DNA of 64,000 nucleotides. Origin: Paramoeba atlantica. Taxonomy: Eukaryota; Protista; Discosea. Where the stretch lies: assembly GCA_977017575.1 (NCBI GenBank), contig CDRNVI010000156.1, forward strand, positions 248,001 to 312,000, given 5' to 3'. Below are positions 1 to 12,111 of the stretch, piece by piece. The notes beneath the pieces were generated by a model. That model did no database searches and was not told the DNA's origin. It was given only the letters and a program-made list of their open reading frames with translations. A program made the position numbers and the translations under genes. Position 1 is the first letter of the stretch. The number at the start of each line of letters is the position of its first letter.

Positions 1-2
1 GC

Positions 3-551
3 GAATTTGATCCAAGAATCCACTTCGCTTTGGTGTGTGGTGCAAAGAGTTGTCCACCAATTCGTGTCTTTTCTTCTGAGATTGTCAATGATGCTTTGGA
101 TTGGGCCACAGAGGCTTTTGTTTCTGAGGAGGTGAGCGTTGATGTTGAAAAAGGGAGGGTGAAAATGAGTATGTTATTTAAATGGTATTTTTCTGATTTT
201 GGGAAGAGTGAAGAAGAGGTGCTGAAGTGGATCTTGTTGTATTTATCTCCAGAAAAGGGTTTGAAGACTTCTTTTAAGGTAACGGTTTTTTGGAATGATT
301 TTTCTCTTTCCTCTCTTTGACGAACTTTATTAATTTTTCTCAAAAAAAATTAGATCACCTATTTTGAATACAATTGGGACCAAAACGGAAGAGGGGAGGA
401 TGAGAAAGAAGAAAGCCAAGTCATGCCAGGAGAAAACCAAATCAGTCCTAATCAGTCTGCAAATCACCTTAATGAATATGAGTTTTCGGATGATGATGAT
501 TATTTGAAGAGCAATGTTGATTATTTATGTGACTTGGCGAAGTGGTATTGA
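3..551 (+). CDS. 3' end of a DUF547-domain protein (5' part outside the window; intron ~279-353)
   Basis: The frame reads EFDPRIHFALVCGAKSCPPIR...LFKWYFSDFG; after a GT-AG intron it continues ITYFEYNWDQN...KWY*. These are characteristic DUF547 motifs. Confidence 0.85.
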
Positions 552-685
552 AAGTTCGAAATTTTCTCAAATGCCGAACAAAGAATCAGAAAGCAACATT
601 TTGAAACAAAATATTTTTATTGGAGGAACAATTAAATTATCCCAACATCCTCTCAAAATCTTTCTCTTGCCACTCTTCGAGCAGA

Positions 686-806
686 GACACCAAAAAGAAG
701 AGGCGGGACACCAAATAAGCGGGACACCAAAAAAAACGGACACCTTTCGAATTTTCTCGGAATCTTCTGGGAACGGAACCCTCTTTTTGTTTCTGGGAAC
801 GGAACC
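686..806. promoter_or_regulatory. Repeated motifs upstream of the Sel1 gene: 4x GACACC and 2x TTCTGGGAACGGAACC
   Basis: GACACC starts at 686, 707, 723 and 739. The 16-bp direct repeat is at 765-780 and 791-806. All lie within ~180 bp of the ATG at 868. Confidence 0.4.
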
Positions 807-867
807 TTCTTTTCGTTTTTGAAAAATTTCAAATTTTTTTGTGTGGGATTGAGACCTTGCCGGGAGG

Positions 868-1701
868 ATGTCTTCCATTCTTTTGGAAAATGCGCTTCAA
901 GTCATCCAATTGATGAATCAGGGGAAATTTGACACAGCCTTTTCAAGTGCCAAAAGGTACACAGAAGACCGTGATGACGATGGCGATTGCGCTGCTTGTC
1001 TTGCATTCTGTTTTTACTTTGGATACGGAACCAAAATCTCGTTGGATGGGCGTGATGTGTGGATTAAAAAAGCGGTGGAGAAGGGATCAACTTTGGGAAA
1101 AGGCTTTGCCTTGTATGTGGCGGAAAGATGGAATGAAGTGATCTCAACTCTTCAACCCTTTGCAAATGGCGAATGCAGTCTCGCGAATTGGATGCTTTGC
1201 CATTCTTATCTGGGCCTTAAGGAAGAGAGGAAAGGGTTTGAATTTTGCGAAAAGGCAGCAAACCAAGGACTCCTTAGAGGTCTGATGAGTCTCTCATTCT
1301 GTTACCATGAAGGAAAAGGTGTTTCTAAAAACGCTGAGAAAGGATTTCTCTTTGCTAAAGAAGGTGCGGACAAAGGTGATGCGAGCGGGCAAAGAAATGT
1401 GGCATATGATTACATTCTTGGAGAAGGATGTACTCCAAATGAAGAACTTGCGTTTCAATACATCAAGAAAGCAGTTGCCCAAAATGATCGAGTGGCACAA
1501 GCCAACTTAGGAGTCTGTTATTTGTATGGGAGAGGATGTAAAGTGAATTATAATCTTGCTTTTCATTTCATGAAACTGGCTGCAGATCAAGATGATAAGG
1601 AGAGTCGAGCCATGTTAGCTTCCTTCTATCTTGATGGGGTTGGGTGTGAACCAAATCATGAACTTGCACTTCAATATTCTGTGGATTTGTTCTCGTGTTG
1701 A
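868..1701 (+). CDS. Sel1-like repeat (SLR) protein
   Basis: 277-aa ORF with repeated A...LG.CY..G.GC..N...AF motifs (e.g. AQANLGVCYLYGRGCKVNYNLAFHFMKLAADQ). The extreme C-terminus may be spliced differently. Confidence 0.85.
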   Translation: MSSILLENALQVIQLMNQGKFDTAFSSAKRYTEDRDDDGDCAACLAFCFYFGYGTKISLDGRDVWIKKAVEKGSTLGKGFALYVAERWNEVISTLQPFANGECSLANWMLCHSYLGLKEERKGFEFCEKAANQGLLRGLMSLSFCYHEGKGVSKNAEKGFLFAKEGADKGDASGQRNVAYDYILGEGCTPNEELAFQYIKKAVAQNDRVAQANLGVCYLYGRGCKVNYNLAFHFMKLAADQDDKESRAMLASFYLDGVGCEPNHELALQYSVDLFSC

Positions 1702-1926
1702 CTATTTTCTTTTTCTCTTCTTTTCTTTCTTCCCTCTTTCTCTTGTAAAAAAAGAAAGACACAAATAAAAATGAAAATCATGAGAATCCGATTATTCAAA
1801 CTCACGATTTATTTAAGAAACAAAAAGTTGTTTTTGTGTTTTCTTTTCGGGGAAGACCAGAAAGAAGAGAGTGGAGAGAGAAAGAGAAAGAGAAAAGAGG
1901 AAAAAAAGAGGAAAGAGAAGAGTAGA

Positions 1927-3744
1927 ATGGATGATGAATTGAGAGGAACAACTTTTATTCCGTATGTTCAGTCCACTTTGGAATCGTTTTCTCAAGAAAG
2001 GGCAAACTCAATGGATGCACAATCTGCTGTGGGTCTCTTCTTCTTCTTTCCTTTTCTGTTGAGCTAATTCTTTCTCTGATGTCTCTTCTTTTTCTTTTCC
2101 CCCTCCCCTGTCTCTCTTTTATCTCTTTTCTCTTTTATTTTAGTCAAACTTTCTGACCTAGAAGACCTCCGAACCAAAACCCAAATCTTGATAGAAAGAT
2201 CTCTTGAGAGAGGAGAAGATGGGAGAGTTGGGGTCCTTTTGACAATCCACGATCGACTCTCTCAAGTAATTGATTCTTATCAACTTCAAGTTTCTCAATT
2301 GGGGGAGGATCCTGGAATTCAAATTGGCGATTCCTCTCCCCAACTTCAGAAAGAAGAAGGAAGAGATGATGGAGAAAAAGATATCAAAGAAAATCCAAAA
2401 GAAGAAGAAGAAGATGGCGATGAAGATTTTGAGTGTCCAATATGTTATTGTGATTATAAAAAGAGAGAGACAACCACCCTTCAGTGTGGGCATCAGTATT
2501 GTGACACATGTATTCGTCAATATCTCAGTGGTCTTATTGCTGAAGCAGAAGTCGAAAATCTTCTTTGCCCTGATCTCGAGTAAGAGTTTTTCTCTTCTCT
2601 TCTCTTTTCAACTCTTATTGCCGCCTCTTCTCAATCTTATTACCACTCTCTATCAATCTCTCTCTCTTCTTTCACCTCTGAAAATTTTTCTTCTTATTAG
2701 TTGTGGACAAACAATCCACTACGGAGACTTAAAAAGAATTGTGGACCAAGACACTCTTCAAAAGTATGATCGCTTTGCTCTCTTAGCTTGTCTAAAAAAC
2801 GATCCAACAACTCGTTGGTGTCCAAACCCAGAATGTGAGATGGCTTATACAGGTCTTGAGAGCTCTTCTTATTTTTAATCTTTATTTTTTTTATTCTTCG
2901 ACCTGAGATTCATTGCCGTGTTAGAAGAGAAAGGGAATGATTTTGCTTTTGCATCAATTTTTTGATTTGTTTCTTGCTTTTAGGTGAATTAGCAGATCCA
3001 GAAAATCCCCGGATTGTTTGTGGTGAATGTGGTCAAGCCTATTGTTACAATTGTAAAGATCCTTGGCATGAAGGAAAGAGTTGTGCAGATTTTCAAGTTC
3101 ATTTTTCTTTTGTTTGACCATTTTTTTTTTTGTCATCTCAACTTGAAGTGATTTAGGGGAGTTTGAAGCCTGTTGATAAGAAAACCCAGAGATGGATGAA
3201 ACGGTTCATCTTTTTTTCCAATTTATTTTCTCTTTCATTATTTATTGATAAAATTGTTTTGTAGACAAGGGGTTCAAAATTGCCCTCATTGTGGGTTACC
3301 AACCATCAGAACGACTGGGTGTCGTGATATGAGATGTACGAATTGTAAAAAGGATTGGGAATGGAAAGGAGAAGCAGATGAAACAACACTTGAAAAGGTT
3401 CCCTCTCACTTTTTTTCTTTCTCTCAACCTCGCTCATTCTTTTTCAAAAGATCGCCTATTTTTACCCAAGAACTGTCAAATATGTTGCTACAAGTCGAGA
3501 AGCACATGAAGATGACGAAGGCACGCTCGATGAAATCAAAACAAATGTGGTTGCAGGAACATTTGCAGCAGTGATTCTCTCTCCTGCTCTTCTTGTTACA
3601 GTTCCCACTCTCCTTCCTGCTCTGGTAGTTACTGCTGGGAGAAAAGCAAAACATGGAATCCAGGATTTCAGGGAGTGGATGAACGAGAGCGATGATGAGG
3701 AACCAAAAGAAAAAAAAGAGGAAAATAAAGAAGAAGAGACATGA
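1927..3744 (+). CDS. RBR (RING1-IBR-RING2) E3 ubiquitin ligase with an N-terminal GAT-like helix bundle and a C-terminal hydrophobic segment; multi-exon
   Basis: RING1 CPICYCD...CGHQYCDTC...CPDLE/C; IBR WCPNPEC...CGECGQAYCYNCKDPWHEGKSC; RING2-like CPHCGLPTIRTTGCRDMRCTNC; C-terminal VVAGTFAAVILSPALLVTVPTLLPALVV. Confidence 0.85.
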
Positions 3745-3829
3745 GGGAAAAATAAATTAAGAAAAAAATAGGAAATGATCAAATGTTTTGGTTCCTTTAT
3801 TCTCTTCCATTATTTGGAATATGGAATAT

Positions 3830-6800
3830 TTATTGGCAACCTATCATGCAACCCCTAGCATCTGATTGAAAGGAGAAAATCATGGTGTGGTCTTTCAGAT
3901 CCTCACAAGTTCTTGCTGGGAGACACATTCGTTCTTGTGTTTCGGTTTGAACATACACACAACAGAGTAATACAAAAGGGGTTGGGGTTGGAATTGGGGG
4001 TGTTGGGGTTGGAGTTGGAGTTGGTGTTGGAGTTGGGGTTGGAGTTGGGGTTGGTGATGGAATAGGAGTTGGAGTAGGAGTTGGTGTTGGAGCTGGTGCT
4101 GGGGTTGGGGTTGGTGTTGGAGTTGGGGTTGGGGTTGGTGATGGTGATGGTGATGGGGTTGGAGTTGGGGTTGGAGTTGGGGTTGGAGTTGGAGATGGGG
4201 TTGGCGTTGGAGATGGGGATGGGGGAGTACAAAAAGAATAACACATTGGTTCATTGACCCAGGAAGAAGATACGAAATCCCAACCTTCTCCTTCACGATG
4301 GATGTCACAAGAAGAACGATCTGTGGGCACACAATCTAAAATTGAAGGTCGAGAGATCCATGAATAAAGACAACAATTTCGAATTGGGAATGGGGTTGGT
4401 GTTGGGGGTGGAGTGGGGATTGGAGTTGGAGTTGGGGTTGGAGTTGGAGTTGGAAATGGAGTTGGTGTAGGTGTAGGAGTTGGTGTTGGTATCGGAATTG
4501 GGTTTGGTGTTGGAGTTGGGGTTGGTGTGGGAGAGGGTGAAGGGGGATAACAAAATCTGCAGTCACTATTGTGTCGCACATAATCGACTTCCCAATTAAT
4601 TAAACTGATACATTCTGTATGGAGCTCCAAACATTGTTGACGAGAGGGGTCTTTGAACGAGTGATATACACAACAATTTGTTGGAGCAGGAGAAGGGGTT
4701 GGAGTTGGAGTTGGAGTTGGAACTGATGTTGGAACTGGCGCTGGTACTGGAGTGGGGGGAGCACAAAATAAATAGCATTCATCCTCATAATGGTTCATTA
4801 ATTCATCGATGAGCTCCCACTTTGGTAGATCTGGGCACTTGTTTCCCAGAGTCAAACATTGTTTCACAGAGTGCTCACTTTTATAAGAATAAACACAGCA
4901 ATTTGATCTGCTTCGCTCCGGCGCGGGAGCGGGGATTGGGGCTGGATGAGGTGTTGGTGTAGGTACCGAAGAAGGAGTTGGTATGGGAGATGAAGGAGTA
5001 ACCAATGAATAGGTATTGAGAGTCAATTCAGATGAACGAAGCGTGCCATAATCACCAGCAGTTAAGTCACTGATTTCGATGGTCCATGTTCCTATTTCAA
5101 TTTATGAACATCACTCAATATTACAAGTTGAACAACAAAGAAAAAGAGGAGAGGAGATTGACCTGAGACAGGTTCTCGCCAATGTTTTGTTGAGGAGAAT
5201 TTCCAATTCTCAAATGATAGAGGCATTTTTTCGATTTTTTGACTCGGTTCGACACTCATCGTGTGTCCTCTTGCGGTCCATAAAAGTAACCGAAAGTCAC
5301 TTGGAGTGACAGAATAAGCGGGGATTCCTCTCAGATGTGGTTCATAGATTTCATGCTCCTCTAAAATTGAGAGTGGTTATTGAACTGCAAAGTCAGATTG
5401 AAAAGAGAACTTCCGAACCAACAACAATTGCGTCAGGACCGAGATGGTGGCCCTTTGGGTCGAGTATTTCAACAATCTCTTCGTGTTGAGTGCACATTTG
5501 ATGTTTCTCAAGCAACAATAACGCAGTCACTCCAGGAGTTTTTCTAATTTTGGAAAAAGATTAATTCAACGAATGTGTTTTGGAACAAGCGAAAGAAAAA
5601 ACCGTGGGAGAGTAAATGAGCAGGAACTTCTCTTGCAACAATTTCCCGACTTCGTTGTTGAATACAAAACCACTTCACCTCCTTCCCATGTATCTCCAGC
5701 TGGCCAAGATTTAGAGATCAAAATTTTGAATTAATTTGAATCCATCAGCTTAAAATTGAACCTTGAGTTAGAGACACAACTGGAATCGGAGTTTTTGCGC
5801 GATTTGGCAAATGGAACACCAGAGAAAACTTTTGAATATCAATTAAAATCATTTTCCAAACAGATATGAAAGAAAAGTGAAGAAAAACCTCTTCAGATTT
5901 TTGGCTTCTAGGAGAAACCAACTCACTCCGTGTACCAGAAGGTGAAATCAGCGAAATCCCCAAATCACTCGGTTGTTCATGAAGAATATTGACTTGCAAT
6001 GTGACCTATCAAATTAAAAATCATTTCAAAATGAAATCATGAGAACTGAAATATCATATCTCTTTTCAAACCCAATCAACAAAGCGATTTGTTGTTCTCT
6101 TGACAACCAGAGGAATACTAATCGTGCCAGGATCAGGAATAGATTTCGTCACTGAGGTGTTCACAACAATATCCTAAGAATAATGTGTCAAAAAAAAGAG
6201 AACATCAATTTTTTGTGGAGAGAAAAAAAGAACGAACATCTTCTGGGGTGAAAGTATAAGGGAGGCTATCCTCTGCTGCCATTCTGACAGCTTTTGTGGC
6301 ATCGATTGGACCAAATCCAAGCTGAGAAAAAAAAGAGTGAATAAGGAAGGAACACAAATATTGTCCACCTAATTATGATCTTCTTCTTCAAAGAAATAAG
6401 TATTTACTTGACTTTCAAAATAAAGACCAGCTCCATTTTTCTGAAGATTGGGATAATCTTCTGGAAAAGAAGAAGTTGCAACAAGAATATGAGCAATTTC
6501 TCGAGGAGTCAATGGCTTTGAACTCGCTTGTATCATCAATGAGACCACTCCAGCTACAAATCAAAAGATATCTTTAATTTTTGATGAAAAGAGGAGAGGA
6601 AGTGTTAAAGAGAAGCAAACCAACAATTGCAGCAGAATATTGACCACCTATTCGTTCAGAACACGATTTTCCATCACCATAAGGAGTTGGTATCCCTTGG
6701 AGTGAAGATCCTCCAGGAGCAGAGACCAACTAAAAACAAGAATTACAAAAAATAACATGGTTAAAAAAGTGATTTGAAAAGATCTTAAAAAAAACCGCAT

Positions 6801-7890
6801 TTGCACAAGGTTCTCCAAAATCACTTGGATGACCACCTAACATATGAGGTCCCACAGAGATTGAAAATGGGTGATTGGAGTACATATCATAATTACAATT
6901 ATCTCGCCTTCCTCCATTCCCTAAAAAAAAGTAAAATTGAATCATTTTTCTCTTTTGATTTGGTCATTTCTCTGTAAGAAACGTCATCTTGAGGAACCTG
7001 TAAAAGAAATGACAACGACCCCACGAGCGACAGCATTTCGCACAGATTCCCAACAAGCGTCGCAAGGAACATTACCATAACCCCCATCAGTGGCAGTGAA
7101 AGTTTGAAGAAAGATGTCAGGAGAATCCAAATTCAAAAATTTCAAATCAAGAGCATTCGCAGATCCAAGACCAACAATAGAATAAGATGCTCCATGAGCC
7201 ACTCCTCTTGTACAAGCACCGTTAAAGGCGGTTCCAACAGTAGTCCCAATGACAGATGTTGCTACTTGGGAAGGATTCTTGACAGAAACCTGGGAAAGAT
7301 ATTTTGGTTTTTCTTCCTCCATTGGAAAGAAGGAAAAGAAGAGATATCAAAACTGACCTCTGGGTTCATGTGACCAATAAGATCTCTGTGATTTGGGTTT
7401 GGGCCAACGAAACTGATTGCGATTCGAGTTCCTATGAATATGTTTGTGAATCTTTTTGCAAAAATTTTGAGATTCAGAGTGTTTCCTGAGGACAAAACTA
7501 AGATTTGAAAAGGGAAACCTTCTCCAGTAAATCCCATCTCCCAGACCCGTTCCACATTGATATGTCCTTGTTTCCGAATGATCAGAAAGAAACGAAAAAA
7601 TCAAGAAAAAGGGAATCAAGAAACAAGAAAAAGAAAAACTGACCATCAAGTTTGGCATATGGGTCAGTCGACTCCTCATAAGCAATGGTATGGAGATGCC
7701 AAGAAGAAGGAAAGAGGGGATCAAGATCATCAAACTTTGGGTGCTCCTCTTCCCATTCGGGTTCATCTCCCCACGAAATCCCTCGAGTAGGATGAACAGG
7801 AGAGTCTTGCCAAGAAAACTCAACAAAACTTGCTGAAGGGATAAGGAGGGTAACCACCAAAGAAACCCAAAGAGAGAATGAGAGTTTCAT
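3830..7890 (-). CDS. Secreted kexin/furin-like pseudoprotease 1 (S8B + P-domain with insertion + PT stalks + 4 six-Cys modules); multi-exon
   Basis: Signal peptide [19 protein letters not shown]; [11 protein letters not shown]; [17 protein letters not shown]; [16 protein letters not shown]; [25 protein letters not shown]; P-domain [21 protein letters not shown]...[14 protein letters not shown]; tail ORF 3830-5026. Confidence 0.85.
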
Positions 7891-8145
7891 TGGTGAGAAA
7901 GAAGGAGTCCCACAAAGAAAGGAGAAAGAAAAGCGACTCAAACGCAACAACAAGAAACGAAGCGAAAAAAAAAGCGAGAAAAAAGGATTTTCTTTACAGA
8001 ATCGTTGAAAGAAAAATGCACGGAAATCCTTAAGTGAAAAAAAATATTCAAAACACAGAAAACGAAAGCAAGTTTGCTTGGGCAAATGATGAGGTTTTCT
8101 CTTTTTTTTTTGATTCTATTTGGGGTCCAATCATTTCTTCAAATT

Positions 8146-11100
8146 TTATTCTTGACATCCGCTCATACAATTCTCATAACTCGCTTCAAAGGTGAGAGAC
8201 AAGACATACTCATCATCCATAACTTTACATTTTTTCTCGGGGATACACATTTTCTCTCCAGTTCCTTTTTGGAGGTAAATACAACACATTAAGGGAAATG
8301 GAGTTGGGGTTGGAGTTGGTGTTGGAGTTGGTGTTGGGGTTGGAGTTGGTATTGGAGTTGGTGTTGGTGTTGGAAATGGTGTCGGAGTTGGGGTTGGTGT
8401 TGGACTTGGAGATGGTGTTGGAGTTGGGGTAGGGGTTGGAGTTGGTGTCGGAGTTGGAGTTGGTGTTGGAGTTGGAGTGGGAGTGGGAGTTGGGATTGGA
8501 GTTGGGGTTGGAGTTGGTGTAGGTGATGGAGATGGAGATGGAGTTGGGGTTGGTGTTGGGGTTGGTGTAGGTGACGGAGATGGAGATGGAGTTGGGGTAG
8601 GGGTTGGAGATGGAGATGGTGTCGGTGTTGGCACTGGTGTTGGTGTTGGAGTGGGAACTGGAGTTGGAGTTGGAGTGGGAGTTGGGGTTGGAGTTGGGGT
8701 GGGAGTTGGAGTTGGAGTTGGTGTTGGAGTTGGTGTTGGAGTCGGTGTAGGAAAGGGTGTTGGGGTTGGTGTTGGTGTAGGGGTTGGTGATGGGGTTGGG
8801 GTGGGAGTTGGAGTTGGGGTTGGTGTTGGAGTTGGGGTTGGTGTTGGGATAGGAGTGGGAGTTGGAGTTGGTGTTGGAGTTGGAGTTGGAGTTGGGTATG
8901 GAGAGGGAGTTGGAGTTGGAGTTGGAGTTGGGGTTGGAGAGGGAGCACATTGTAAAAAGCAGTCCTCATCATATCCTTCAGTTTCAGAAATGAGATGCCA
9001 CTTTTGTAAGTTATGGCAGTCATTCTCCAGTGTCAAACATTGTTTGACTGAAGGATCATTTAAAAAGGCATATACACAACAAAAAGATCTGGTTCGAGTT
9101 GGGGTTGGAGTCGGGGTTGGGGTTGGGGTTATTGGAGTTGGAGTTGGAACTGGTGAGGGTAAGAAGTGGCTAAAAGGATAAACTGTGATTTTAAAGTTAT
9201 CTACTCTTCCTTGATCACCATAGACTTGGTCTTCAATAACAAATGCCCAATTTCCTGAAGGATTTTCATTCCAATATTTTGTTGAAGAAAATTTCCAGTT
9301 CTCAAAAGAGAGGCCTGGAATTTTGTTGACTTGCTTGCGGATTTCGATTCTCGCATTCTCCACAATTGGATCAATTGTTCTGGAAAAGATTCAACTGAAT
9401 TGGGCGACAATATATACATTACAAAAGCGAATAGAATCAAAAAAAAAACCTGAATTCACTAGAAGGGACACCATAAACTGCGACCCCAGTCCTCTCTGAT
9501 TCGTCTGCTAACGTTCGATATCCATCTAAAATGTATTTTTAAAAAGGGATGGGAAGAAAGAAAGAAAACGAGAAAAAGTCAAGAGGACCAACGAAAACAA
9601 CATCTGGGATGATTTGACTCGCTTTTTGATCAAAGATTACCCGAATTTCAACATTTGGAGAACAGATACCATGGTTTTTGAGAAGAAGGATATAAGTTGA
9701 CCCTTGTCTGAAAATGAAGACTTTTTCAGAAGAAAGAAAAAGGACAACTTTAAAAAGAGAAATAAAAAAAGAAACCCTGTGTAAGTAAAAGAACATCCGT
9801 TTCGTTTGCAGCAGGCACCATCTGAAGCGGGGGAAACAAAGGTAATATCTTCTTGTCCTTTCCATGAACGTGCCGCTAGTAGTGAGAGAATTTTTTTTAG
9901 ATTTTTACTTACACCACGAAAAAAAAATCAAAAACACCTGAATTAATTGGTTCAATTCTGAAAGAATAAGATTTCTGTTTTCCAACAACACTCGCTTCAA
10001 GCTATTGTTTTTTTTTTTAATGAAGAGGAAAAAAGAGAAAGAAAAGGTGGTTCAAACTTGATCGGTAAAAGTTTGTCTCATCTTTGCAAAGACACTCTTC
10101 ATTCCAGAAGGAGATATCAGTGAGATTTCCAAATCACCTGGGTTTGGGTGTTTTATATCTACTTCCACAGTCACCTGTGTGTGTGTGGAAAAATATGAAT
10201 AAAAAATGTTTTGTTTTTGAGAGGCACCTTTCAAAAATCAAATTCAAACCCAATCAATGGGATGGATTGAATTTAATCCTACTTCAAAAGTTACTGATCC
10301 AACTTCAGGGATGTCACGACCGACCATTGTATGGTACATAATTGGCTAAAAATAAAAGATAAATAATACAGATCCCAAGCAAAACAAAAAAGAATTTTTT
10401 GTTTTTTTGTTTTCAAACCTCTGGGTAAGATAGTCCAGGAAAAATAACAGCTTTACTCACAGCCTTTCCAGCATCAATATTTCCAAATCCAATCTGCTCA
10501 TTATATTCCAATCCAGCTCCATTTTTCTCGCTTGGAACTCCTGATGGTAAAGTAGCAGACTCAACGAGTAGGTGGGCGATATCACGAGGAGACAGGTTGT
10601 GATTGGTTGCCTCTAACATTAGGGCAACAACCCCAGCTGTGCACAAAAGAAGGAAAAAATGAGTTTAGTTTCAAAGAAGAAAAGGATGAAAAAAATATTC
10701 ACCTGTATTTGCTGCTGCATATGGACCACCAATTCGGTCTGCACAAACTTCATTTTGATAATAAGCTGCGGGAATTGGATGTCTTTGATCTCCCCCAGGA
10801 GCAGAAACAAGCTAAGATCAAAACAAAGAGAGAAAGTGAGGAAAGAGAGAGAGAACTATTTTGTCAAAGAAGACAAAGACTTACAATGGCTGCACAAGGT
10901 TCAGAATAGAAAGCAGGAACACCCCCACTTGTGTGGGACCCAACAGTTATGAGAAAGGGAGCGTTGGAAAACATGTCATAATTGCAGTTGTCTTCTTCAC
11001 CGCCATTTCCTTTTCAAAAAAAAAAGTGGGTTACAAAAAAGAAAATGGACAGAGGAATTGAAAATGAATATTCACCGGCATAGCCAATAACAGCTCGCTC

Positions 11101-11897
11101 AAGTGCAGTAATTTCCCTGATGTTCTCCCAACAACTCACGCCTGCCCATGAAAAATAAGGACCTCTTCAAACTCTTAACAATAAAAGCAAAGATATTACA
11201 TGGTGCATGAGAATTGGGGCTCTCATTTCCAGCGAAATCTTTGAGATAAAGGTCGACTGGGACTTTGCTTTGCAGAAACTTCAGTTCAGCTGCACTCTGT
11301 GGTGTTTTTAAAGTATTGAATAATAATTTTGGCATCAAAAAGGGGAAAAAGAAAAAGGTCCGTACCTCTGCTCCCAAACTCACCATTGAAAAGCGAGCTT
11401 GATAAGCAACACCACGACTACAAACACTATTAAAGGCATTTCCCACGGCCACAGCCACTACTGATGTTGTGGCGTTTTGGAGAGATTCCGAGGTAATTCG
11501 GAGAGACTAAAGAGAGTTAAAAATAAAAGAGGGTTGGTGAGGGAGGTCACTCAATTTTTGCAATCTTTTGAAAAAGAGAAACCTGAGGACTTAATCTCCC
11601 ATCAAGATCCAAGTGATTATAAAAAGGAGCATTAAAACCAAGGCCAATTGTCACTCCTTCAAAGGAAAAATAAAATTCAGTCCTAAAATTTTTTCTCTTC
11701 TTTTCTTTTTGTGGCGAACCTTTTCCTGTGAAACCAAAGGACCAGGCTCCGTCAGCATTGAGGTGACCAGTCCGAACAGTTTTCGTTGGTCGGAGATTCC
11801 AAGCACGGTGATATTCTGGATCTAACTCTTCCCCTCTATGTTTTGTTGAGCAAAAGCATCCAGACAAGAGAAAAAGGAAAAGAACAAATCCTCTCAT
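8146..11897 (-). CDS. Secreted kexin/furin-like pseudoprotease 2 (long PT stalk, 2 six-Cys modules); multi-exon
   Basis: [16 protein letters not shown] signal; [10 protein letters not shown]; [17 protein letters not shown]; [16 protein letters not shown]; [25 protein letters not shown]; [15 protein letters not shown]; [20 protein letters not shown]; tail ORF 8146-9363. Confidence 0.85.
8290..8945 (-). repeat. Coding (Pro-Thr)n hexamer tract, (CCAACH)n-like
   Basis: GGAGTT/GGTGTT/GGGGTT hexamers on the + strand, in frame with ORF 8146-9363. Confidence 0.9.
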
Positions 11898-12111
11898 CTC
11901 TTTCTCTCCACACCGTCAGGCGAGAAGCAACAAGCGACGCACGAACCAAAAAACAGAAAAACCGTGTGAGGGATAGGGTAGTGGATTTTTTGATTTTTAA
12001 ATGTTTTGATTTTCATAAAAAGGAAAAAACAAAAAAACTTCGCGCTTTTTTTCTTTTCGAGTTTTCTCTCTTTGGGTTTTTGGGCAAGATCAAAAAAAAA
12101 AGGGAGGGGGG

